64,000 nt of DNA, taken from NCBI GenBank assembly GCA_002269645.1, contig NIVC01000012.1, forward strand, positions 434,001-498,000. Reading direction: 5' to 3'. A model generated the notes under the pieces. That model ran no database searches and was not told the DNA's origin. It saw only the letters and a program-made list of their open reading frames with translations. The translations under genes were made by a program, and so were the position numbers. This DNA comes from Macrostomum lignano. Lineage: Eukaryota. Below are positions 1-11,589 of this stretch, piece after piece. The number at the start of each line of letters is the position of its first letter. Position 1 is the first letter of the stretch.

Positions 1-624
1 CAGCACTGCGATGCCCCTGTACTGCCGGCCTTCACTAAAGGGAGGAGCCTTCGGGATCTACTCTGCCACAGCCAGCTCGAACCAGCTTCTGCCAATTGAG
101 ATCAGCTGTACAAAGGCTCTTTTACTGCTATTTTTTCCCCTCTGTGATTTTTTCATTGACTTTATTTTGATTTATTCAGATTATTTATTTCTGCTTTTTA
201 TTCATTTTTCTGACACTGTGTACGGTGCACCTGCATTTTTTGCTGTGAGTATTTAATAATAATTTTTATTTACCTTACCTATTTATTTCGCCATTTATTT
301 TTACAATTTTTATTCTACACTTAAAGGTCGTCTAGGCCCACTTGTACAGTTTTAGCCACCCCCCGCTTTTCTCATAGTCTCGGACTCGTTTTAATGTACT
401 GACCATGCGTACTGTTTTAAGTACTTGAGCACATCAATTTATCGATCGTCTCTCCCTGACGATATCGCCTTTATATATTGACGGCAATTCGCGCCAAATA
501 AACTTCGCTCGCTTACAGCCCTGACGAAGAAATTTAATTTCGAAATATCGGCAACTTTAATCAACTTGACTTGTTTGTCCTTTTTACATGTACCGCGTCC
601 GTGCCTGAGATTGGAGGCGCCCTC

Positions 625-625
<1 letters not shown>
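1..625 (+). mobile_element. Penelope-like element (PLE) 3' part, copy A: ORF C-terminus (1-99), 3' region, hammerhead, terminal hairpin
   Basis: Frame +1 1-99 reads QHCDAPVLPAFTKGRSLRDLLCHSQLEPASAN*, aligning with RHCEAPVLPSYTKGRNLRQLLCPSRLESTTD* that follows a GIY-YIG domain at 5443-5530(-). It shares the hammerhead and the gtgcctgagattggagg motif with copy B. Confidence 0.75.
518..552 (+). ncRNA. Minimal type I hammerhead ribozyme of PLE type
   Basis: gcc-CTGACGA-A-GAAAT(tta)ATTTC-GAAA-TA-TC-ggc: core boxes, 5-bp stem II, palindromic ATAT in place of stem III, AUC cleavage triplet (after 549), 3-bp stem I. Confidence 0.7.
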
Positions 626-655
<30 letters not shown>

Positions 656-776
656 TCTCTCCTCCCCTCTCTCCTCACCCTCTCTACCTCTCTCCTCCCC
701 TCTCTCCTCCCCTCTCTCCTCCCCTCTCTCCTCACCCTCTCTACCTCTCTCCCCTCTCTCCTCCCCTCTCTACCTT
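623..776 (+). repeat. CT-rich microsatellite/minisatellite
   Basis: (ct)n grading into ctcccctctctc units; source of the spurious REGRRE/LSLS ORFs. Confidence 0.9.
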
Positions 777-1850
777 GCAAAGTTTTTTTATGAAAATTAA
801 ATATGTGCTTTAAATAGAGATGGACCATTTTCAGGCTAATTTGCCTATCAAATTGATTTTAAGAAATTTAGTATAACTATATATTTATATAAAACTCTTA
901 GAATTCAGCTTTACTGAAATGAGAGACTTTCTCTCCTGATGAGCTCGGAAATTCGATACTATAAGAAACCCGAATAAGGGTTAGAAAATGACCTTTCCAA
1001 CTTCCATATTGGTAGCTGGAATAAACTGGAGCAAGAATTGAAAAGCTCTCATCATCATAATCAACAATGGGCTTTCATATGAAACATCAGGTCGAAGGTC
1101 TGATGAGCAATTCGGTAAATTGAATATTTTTTAGCAGAACACCGAGGGAACTCTTTTTTCCAAATGGACAGTTCGTGACCTGTTTTAGATTAAAATTTGA
1201 TTGCTACAATATAGAAAACCTATGCTTACATGTGGAAACTATCTATCCTTTTCTCTCTCTCTCTCATATATAGCTTACATAACTAAATTTCTGTAACTTT
1301 AAAGGCTGATTAATTATTTATATGGAATAATTTGTCCGCACTTACGATGAACCCCAGATGAGGCCAAACAGTATTTAAACTGGAATTGTGGTAGATTGTA
1401 CCAATCGCTCCCCTTGATGGCCATCGACACATAAAAAATAGGCCAGCTGCAATTACCATAGGCAATTATAGAAGTCTATGGTCACAAGTAGAGTCTACAA
1501 CCTACTACTAACAATGCTTTGTGAACGTTGATAATTAAAAGTAAAATAGGTTTTATACATGGAGCATAGTTCGTCTCATTTATCTATGGTCAAGACTGCT
1601 GCTTCTTATCTTTGAGCTTTGATTCTTATATGCATAAAACATGGTTCAAGTAATCCACGCCGAGACAAAACGCCTATCAAGGCCGCCTCGTCGCCAAGCC
1701 GAAAATTGTACGAACCTTTCACACCGAAAAGCATGCTAAAGTGCGCTGTCTGCAAGTGAACGACGTTACGCCTAATTATAGTACTCGCTACACGAAAGAG
1801 CAGTTCATGCGTCAACAGAAGTCCCTCGGTGACATCCTAGTCGGATCTGA

Positions 1851-2737
<887 letters not shown>

Positions 2738-3110
2738 CGACAAATATGTAGTTTGTCTTTCTTCTAGAACCAAAAAATTAATTATTTTTTTTTACTTTTA
2801 CAGAGAATTAAGCTTTCAGTTCACTGAGATGCGAGAAGGTTGGTGAACATATCGGCCTGATAAATGGAATAAATTAGCTGTGCGTGTAATTTATATTTTA
2901 AGTGGAATTTTAAACAGTCCATTGGGAATTGATCGTTAACTCGACTCTGCTGTTGGGCTGGTCAGACGACAGGTTAGCTCTGTAGTAAGCTACGCTTCAT
3001 CAATGCATACTACAGAGTATTTGGATAAGGATCTTGTTGCATTGATAATAAGAACGACTTTTTTGATACGGTCGATGGTCGGCTCAGATGGTCAAATCTA
3101 AATTTTACTG

Positions 3111-3581
3111 TCAAAAGTCTCCAGCCCCGAAGCTGTTGCGGAATGGACGTTTCTTGAAGTCTCCAGCCCCGAAGCTGTTGCGGAAAGGCCGTTTCTTGAA
3201 GTCTCCAGCCCCGAAGCTGTTGCGGAAAGGCCGTTTCTTGAAGTCTCCAGCCCCGAAGCTGTTGCGGAAAGGCCGTTTCTTGAAGTCTCCAGCCCCGAAG
3301 CTGTTGCGGAAAGGCCGTTTCTTGAAGTCTCCAGCCCCGAAGCTGTTGCGGAAAGGCCGTTTCTTGAAGTCTCCAGCCCCGAAGCTGTTGCGGAAAGGCC
3401 GTTTCTTGAAGTCTCCAGCCCCGAAGCTGTTGCGGAAGGGCCGTTTCACCAAGTGTCCGTACTCGTCATTCGGTCTTGAATCGTACTCATCGCTTGCTGA
3501 GGAATCTTCAGTAGCGACTTGCAGAACCGCCACGCAGAGAATGACAGTTAGGGTCGCCAGCAGCTTTCCCATATTTGGCAT
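3111..3581 (-). CDS. Neuropeptide prohormone, 156 aa: signal peptide, acidic spacer, 8 x PFRNSFGAGDF separated by KR/KKR
   Basis: MPNMGKLLATLTVILCVAVLQVA hydrophobic leader; dibasic-flanked identical peptides; DNA units differ only at synonymous sites. Acceptor aatcag at 3584 lies 2 nt before the ATG, with donor GTGAG at 3679 (96-nt 5'UTR intron). The ORF-track start at 3626 is intronic. Confidence 0.9.
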   Translation of the reverse strand: MPNMGKLLATLTVILCVAVLQVATEDSSASDEYDSRPNDEYGHLVKRPFRNSFGAGDFKKRPFRNSFGAGDFKKRPFRNSFGAGDFKKRPFRNSFGAGDFKKRPFRNSFGAGDFKKRPFRNSFGAGDFKKRPFRNSFGAGDFKKRPFRNSFGAGDF

Positions 3582-3781
3582 TCCTGATTTTGGAGATGTT
3601 GAGAAGAAGGAGAAATTGAGATTCAATAGTTAAGAGCTACGATTCTGTCACAATGTCTCAGCCAGCAGTGTTACCTCACCTCAACCGTTGATTGTCGCAG
3701 TGTTTCCCAACAAATGAAGCCAAGAAGACGACAACCAGCAAAGAACAGCAGCGGACAGACCGGAGCAGACTTGAACAGTTG

Positions 3782-3788
3782 TTTTATA
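3782..3788 (-). promoter_or_regulatory. TATA box of the neuropeptide gene (TATAAAA)
   Basis: TATAAAA on the minus strand ~110 nt upstream of the 5'UTR donor; a CCAAT occurs at ~3852. Confidence 0.55.
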
Positions 3789-4820
3789 CGGTTGGATCTC
3801 AGCTTGAGACACGGTGAGAGGAAGAGAATCAGCAGTGGGGCTCGGCCTCAGCCAATCGTTGACGGCCAAGCAGGAGGAACCCGAAGCTGCAGGGCGACAA
3901 TGCAGACTCGTCTGCCAATTGCGGGACCCGCTAGAACTTGCCTATTAATGCATAATTCATGAGCCTACGCAAAATGGAGGGCGGAGGAGACCATTGGGCT
4001 AAACATGTGCTCAGAGTGCGCGGTTGGGTAAGCGCGAAATCTGGTTCTAGCATTAAATAATTCATTGCCAAGTTCTGTGCCCTGGTGGTCTTTCCGAGGT
4101 AGCCGTCTAGAACTTCTCGTAAGTAGTTTCGTTCAGGTAATAGCGTAATTTCTTTGACCTCCTAGTAGACTGTTTTAGCTTTATGGTATGGATCGTAGGA
4201 TGTCGTTCTTAGCATTAACTGCCCACTTGCCTCACTATAGTGTCTAAGGTATTGCACTGCTTTTCTTATTAGAGTTCTTTGAGTCTAGAGTTCTGATCTT
4301 CATTCAAATTGGCGCATGGGTGGGCCGCGGGTCCGTCCTCCAGAATGATCTTTCGTAGGGAAATACGTGGCTCGTCTTGTCGCCCGGAGGAGCTGGATGA
4401 GCCGTGGGATGCTGTCGGGCTGGCAGACCTCGTCAATAGACGGGTTCGGCCCATGGTTGTGTAGTCGGTCTCTGGTGAAGAAGAGGGCAGTGACAAACAA
4501 AATACTCAGCATCTTTGTTGTCGTATTCACAAAAGGGCAAAGTTTACTCTCGAGGCCGCCTCGGAGGAAGCATGGCATTGTGATAAAGATTTCACGCAGA
4601 CAAACCAGCATAGAAAGCCATAGACAACAGAAATACATGTAGTTTGGTTGGAAAGCTGGAAGGCGTGGTGGCTAAAGTAAAGAATGGCGCAGAGAGGACC
4701 ATGCGCTAAAATCAGTCTGGTAGACAGAGAGAGACAGAGAAAAGAGAAAAGGGCACCTCCAATCTCAGGCACTGACACGGTAACGGTAGAAAGGACTGAA
4801 GAAAGTCAATTTAATTGAAC

Positions 4821-4861
4821 TGCCGATATTTCGAAATTATTATATTTCTTCGTCAGGGCAA
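4821..4861 (-). ncRNA. Minimal type I hammerhead ribozyme of PLE type
   Basis: ttgcc-CTGACGA-A-GAAAT(ataata)ATTTC-GAAA-TA-TC-ggcag. Core and stem II are identical to 518-552, the loop differs, and stem I extends to 5 bp. Confidence 0.75.
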
Positions 4862-5442
4862 GTAAAAAGTAGCGACAAGTGGCGTTGTAAAAGTTATTAA
4901 ATAGGCGGGGTTAGAGGGGAGAGAGAGTAGACAGGTCGATAGAGAGCGTACGGTAAGTATGTACACTTGGTGTGAGTCGATAAAACACTATTAGACTTGA
5001 AAATGCAAAATAACTGAATCAGTGCACAAATAAACTGAACCGCACGTGGGCTGCAGCGACCCTACATGCGAAATAAATATTGGAGCGGTGCAACTGCACT
5101 GGTGTCTAAAAAGGGAAAGAGTGACTCTAAGCTCTTAAGAAAATGGACCTCAATAAATAAATAAATAAATAAGGTGAAAAGGCCCTCAAAAACTGAAAAA
5201 AGAGCAATTGTACGATAAGCGAAAGAGTAAAAGTAAAACGTGTAATAAAAATGTTCAGGGTGTCAAAAAACAATAGAAATGTAGATGCAGGATAAATGCT
5301 GAGAATATACAAAAGCTGACCTTGGACTAGCGATGAGAATAAAAACATTTTCTAAGAAAGGAGCAATAAAAGGCTAGGTAGGTACCGGCACGGTCTGACA
5401 AAGCTAAGTAGCAAGGAAAGTAAAAAATCAAAAGAAAAAAGT

Positions 5443-5890
5443 TCAATCAGTGGTCGACTCCAGTCGACTGGGACAGAGCAGCTGCCGGAGGTTCCGTCCT
5501 TTGGTGTAGGAGGGCAGCACCGGGGCCTCACAGTGCCGGGCCACGCGGTCCTTCACCGCGGCCACCAGGGCGTCCGACCTCGCACAATGGGGCAGGATCA
5601 GCGGGATGGCCGGGTTGTGCAGCGTGCCGGCAAGCTCGTTGACGCCGTGCGGGGCTCGAGTCTTTAACACCTCGATGAGCTTGGCCTCGTGGCGCTGCCG
5701 CCGCTCGTTCACTCGGGGTTCGTGCCGTCACGTGACCAGATGCCGGTGAAGGCGAAGTCCGCCAGACTGTGGCCATCACTGGTGAAATGGCGGGCCACTG
5801 GAGTGTAACGGTCGTGCCGGATGTCGCCGATGTGCGCCAGCATGCGGCCGCGGATGCTGTTGGCGGTCTCGCCTACGTAGACCGTTGGTG
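5443..5890 (-). pseudogene. PLE GIY-YIG endonuclease C-terminal fragment with one frameshift (~5712)
   Basis: ORFs 5709..6008 (PTVYVGETANSIRGRMLAHIGDIRH..VARHF) and 5443..5712 (EAKLIEVLKTRAPHGVN..) join with a 1-nt shift. Confidence 0.8.
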
Positions 5891-6317
5891 GCATTGAAAG
5901 CAAATGCATACGTGGCTGGTTGTTAGAGCTTGATGTTCGTGAAATAAACCAAATTGTCTGGTGATTTCTTTGTGGTAGATTTTTTGCAGTCAGTTTGAGC
6001 TTTGACAAAAGAAATAATCTGGAACATAGGAAAAGAGCACTAGAACATTAATTTGAAACGTACATATAATCATGAGAAGCTCATATTATGAAAAGCGGGC
6101 TGAGCAACCTAAAGTCGTAAAATTCAGTAAAATTCAGAATGGAATTAGTCAACATAGTCAACCTTACGATCTTACTTCACCTCTCGTTCAAACCACTACA
6201 ATTATTCAGTTTTGAATCCGCAGACAGAGGGCTTCTTTAAAAAAGTGGGGAACTGAAAAGACTGTAAAATTGTACACCACATAGTACACTCAAACTATAG
6301 ACAACAGCTACTTCTAT

Positions 6318-6371
6318 AGTCTGCAAAGAGCTACTTCTTTAGTCTATGGTAGAAGTAGCTCTTTGCAGACT
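6318..6371. repeat. Perfect 21-bp inverted repeat with 12-nt spacer
   Basis: agtctgcaaagagctacttct (6318-6338) and agaagtagctctttgcagact (6351-6371). Confidence 0.85.
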
Positions 6372-6437
6372 CTACCATAGAGTTCTGTAGTACACTTTCT
6401 ATAGGTGTACAATAGACTATAAATAGAATAGACTCGA

Positions 6438-7159
6438 ACCATAGACTATAGAAGTATAAAAGATTATCATAACCTGATCTTCTTTTTACACAGAAAACAA
6501 ATTTTATTTCCAAAATATGCGTTGCAACGATAGAAAACTAAATTTATATAAAATCCGATTTCTTATTTTATTGACATTTATTGGGCTCATTCTGAGCCAG
6601 GAAAGCCTAGTCTATGGTTTAAAGTGCTATAATTCCAGGCACATCAAATGGTCCCTAAATGAAAGCAGTTTGAACCATAGACTAAACAGAACTAGACAGT
6701 GTACTTGGATACAACAAAAAAACTGTTATTATATACTGTATAACGAAGCAATAAAAAAACAATTTTCTAGCCAAGCCATGGACAATTGGTAGGATTATAT
6801 AGGAAACATATTACGTTTTTTAAATAATAGGCAGTGCATTAAACGTTTCTCTAACTCACTTAAACTGAATTTCGGTTTTAGCTCCATCAATGATGATAGA
6901 CTTGACACCGTGGTCAGTAATAGAAGCGCTGGAATCTCACCGAAACGAGAGCTAGGTTTGGTCGGCAGTGTTTTAGCGTTTCCGAGGGGCGGCGGAACTA
7001 CATTTCCAGCAGGGGCTGGATCGAAAAAATTAAAAAAGTTGTCGCTATCAAATTCTTCTTCCATCGCGGTGTGGTTCAAGAGAAAGCTACGAAAGAAAGA
7101 AATTCGGATTTCGTCTAGCTAGTACTGTCTTAAATTTATGGAAAATTTGTCTATGGTTC
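6438..7159. mobile_element. Two adjacent MITE-like units bounded by ACCATAGAC inverted termini (6438-6618; 6672-7159)
   Basis: accatagacta/tagtctatggt and gaaccatagac/gtctatggttc pairs; no clear TSD. Confidence 0.45.
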
Positions 7160-7274
7160 CAATGTGGGGGCTTCGCCCCCACACCCCCAGTCGGGACTTT
7201 GCCGACTGGCTGCACCGCATTCGGCCCGGCTCAAGAGAAAGCTACAAAAATAAGCAATTCGGATTTCATATAAG

Positions 7275-7415
7275 ATCATGGTAGTTTAATGCGCATTCAA
7301 TGGTAGAAAGTCCTCGGCCACACTTAATGGTCCTCGGCTCGCTTCGCTCGCCTCGAGACCATCAAATGCAACCTCGGACTTTCTAACCCTAGAATGCGCA
7401 TTAAACATCCATGAT
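7275..7415. mobile_element. ~140-bp foldback (hairpin) non-autonomous element
   Basis: gtttaatgcgcattc/gaatgcgcattaaac 15-bp arms, outer atcatgg/ccatgat, inner agaaagtcc/ggactttct, central ctcggctcgcttcgctcgcctcgag. Confidence 0.6.
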
Positions 7416-7838
7416 TATATACATGAAAACCTTTGACATATTTAGCCAAATTTTACCAGCAGTTCGACATCAAATCGCTTTGCAAAATCGTCTTTTTAAG
7501 TCACGTCTTTTCTTGGAAAAGTCAGCTCATCATATTTCCTCAGCACACAGATCCTCTGCTATTAAACTGTCAGGAAAATGGCATAAGTTATGCGACTCCA
7601 AAATCTACTGCAATGCTTGCTTGATGGGACATTGTTCTGTCTTTAAACTGGGATTCAGCTGCCTTAGTGACTTGTGGCCTCAATTTGAGAGAATTATTTA
7701 AATATGCAAATTACCACATGTCTCCTTATACGAGTATTGTACTGCATCAGAATATTCTCAATTCTGTCCCCTCCTGATGAGCTGCTTTGCAGGTTTTGGA
7801 ATTTTTATGCCAATAAAAATGGAGCTGAAGAGGCTGTT

Positions 7839-8990
7839 GAATCCCGATCTGACAATCCCGAATCCCGATCTGACAATCCCGAATCCCGATCTGACAATCC
7901 TGAATCCCGATCTGACAATCCCGAATCCCGATCTGAAGCTCCCAAATCCCGATCTGACAATCCCGAATCCCGATCTGACAATCCTGAATCCCGATCTGAC
8001 AATCCCGAATCCCGATCTGACAATCCTGAATCCCGATCTGCCAATCCCGAATCCCGATCTGACAATCCCGAATCTCGATCTGACAATCCTGAATCCCGAT
8101 CTGACAATCCCGAATCCCGATCTGACAATCCTGAATCCCGATCTGACAATCCTGAATCCCGATCTGACAATCCCGAATCCCGATCTGACAATCCTGAATC
8201 CCGATCTGACAATCCCGAATCCCGATCTGACAATCCTGAATCCCGATCTGACAATCCCGAATCCCGATCTGACAATCCCGAATCTCGATCTGACAATCCT
8301 GAATCCCGATCTGACAATCCCGAATCCCGATCTGACAATCCTGAATCCCGATCTGACAATCCTGAATCCCGATCTGACAATCCCGAATCCCGATCTGACA
8401 ATCCTGAATCCCGATCTGACAATCCCGAATCCCGATCTGACAATCCCGAATCCCGATCTGACAATCCTGAATCCCGATCTGACAATCCTGAATCCCGATC
8501 TGACAATCCCGAATCCCGATCTGACAATCCTGAATCCCGATCTGACAATCCCGAATCCCGATCTGACAATCCTGAATCCCGATCTGACAATCCCGAATCC
8601 CGATCTGACAATCCTGAATCCCGATCTGACAATCCCGAATCCCGATCTGACAATCCCGAATCCCGATCTGACAATCCTGAATCCCGATCTGACAATCCCG
8701 AATCCCGATCTGACAATCCTGAATCCCGATCTGACAATCCCGAATCCCGATCTGAAGCTCCCAAATCCCGATCCGACAATCCCGATCTGACAATCCTGAA
8801 TCCCGATCTGACAATCTTGAATCCCGATCTGACAATCCTGAATCCCGATCTGAAGCTCCCAAATCCCGATCCGACAATCCCGATCCGACAATCCCGAATC
8901 CCGATCTGACAATCCCGAATCCCGATCTGACAATCCCGATCTGACAATCCCGATCTGGAAATCCCGATCTGACAATCCCGATCTGGCAAT
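7839..8990. repeat. 21-bp minisatellite (aatcccgatctgacaatccyg)
   Basis: About 50 near-identical units; several frames are open on both strands only because the unit has no stop codons in those frames. Confidence 0.97.
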
Positions 8991-9424
8991 TCCGAGTCCC
9001 GACCTCACATAATTCTTTAATTTTCGTTGCACACAATGTACCCTATCAGTCAGATTCCCCCAACTGGAACAAACTCCAAGTCACTGGCTGCTGTCATTTT
9101 AGCCATCAATCCACATCCAAGAAAGTCTTCAAGTTTATGTTGCAGGAAATGGAAGAATACTTTGCTGTTTTGAATGGAGATCTGTTGGCGGAATGCAGCT
9201 GGAGTTTGCATGTACGTCGACAAGCTGTCACTCAACACGGATGCGGACCACTGTTTAGCCTAAAATAAAAGATGCAAATGGAAGCAGGTCTAGGCCTATT
9301 GTGCATAGAAACTTTATGTGGCACGTGAAATACGGCTAAAAATAGATCCATCCATTGAAAAAGCAAGTGTGAGTAGACAGCAGCAAACAGGCGGTTCGAG
9401 CGAACTTGACAAGATTTCGTCAGA

Positions 9425-10710
<1,286 letters not shown>

Positions 10711-11589
10711 ATGGACTCAAAGAAAGGACCACACTCGAAGCCCAGTGAAACAGCTGCACGTTCTGGTTGAAGAGCCTGCATCACATTCATGCCACACTTG
10801 TTAGCAAGCATCTCTATCCATCCAGTTCTCTTCAGCCACTTCCAAAAAACCACTGAAAAAGTCCAGCCTAGCAATTCTGAGGTCTGAAGTCCTGGCGTGG
10901 GAACTCTGGCAGCAGATAAACGCGATAATTAAGTATAAATATATCACGGGAAAATTATTAACTCATCTCCCAATGTCTTGATGAAGCGAAGGACAAGTTA
11001 ATGGCAGGTAGCCGCACGCTGGCCCATATATGTCAATTTTAACAAACCTGCTCACTGTTTGCTCATCTGCAAGATGGATAGAACAGAAATTCTTGACAGC
11101 CTGAAGATTATTTGTCTTGAGCAGGTGTTGCAAGGACAACCATGAGCTTCTCGACATAACAGGTTTCGAGTAGATCGTGACTAAAGTATTTAAAAAGCGA
11201 TATCTAATTTTCTAAGAAATGTACCAATGAAACGGACTCAAGGGCCATGTTTGCTCAAATGCAGCTCTCTTATTAACTCAAGTTTGCTTCAAGCTAATCA
11301 TCTGGCATACTGAAATTTTTTCACCTGAACTATTTTTAAGTTAGTCTGGTCTGAACCTGCATGCTCATTAAACTTCTTCTGGAGAATTTTGGCCAGCTAA
11401 ATTAATGTGTAGTTCAAACACTTTTAAGGCGTCTACATCAGTTTTGCTGAGTAGGCAGGGAAACTTGAATTTTACGTAGAAGCAGAGTGTCGGAGTGACT
11501 GGCTGTCAATTAAAGACTCTGCTGTTCTCTAGTCACGGAAATGGCTTCACCTGGAAAAATAGTTTTTGACAGAAAGTTGAAGTTGATCT

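Larger units (their letters stand above)
4751..5890 (-). mobile_element. Penelope-like element, 5'-truncated, copy B
   Basis: YVGET..R...H....HF...H GIY-YIG half, then KTRAPHGVN and a C-terminal extension, AT-rich 3' region, TATA-like site at ~4903, hammerhead, terminal hairpin. Confidence 0.85.

Noticed and set aside
930-1120. CTGATGAG motifs at ~935 and ~1099 as further hammerheads
   Set aside because: No properly closed stem II before a GAAA and no NUH/stem I arrangement.
1606-1850. Protein-like open frames on both strands beside the GATA array
   Set aside because: No recognisable motif or partner exons; cannot be supported without a database search.
4300-4638. 112-aa minus ORF downstream of PLE copy B
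   Set aside because: Could be a pLTR-duplicated ORF start, but no motif was recognised.
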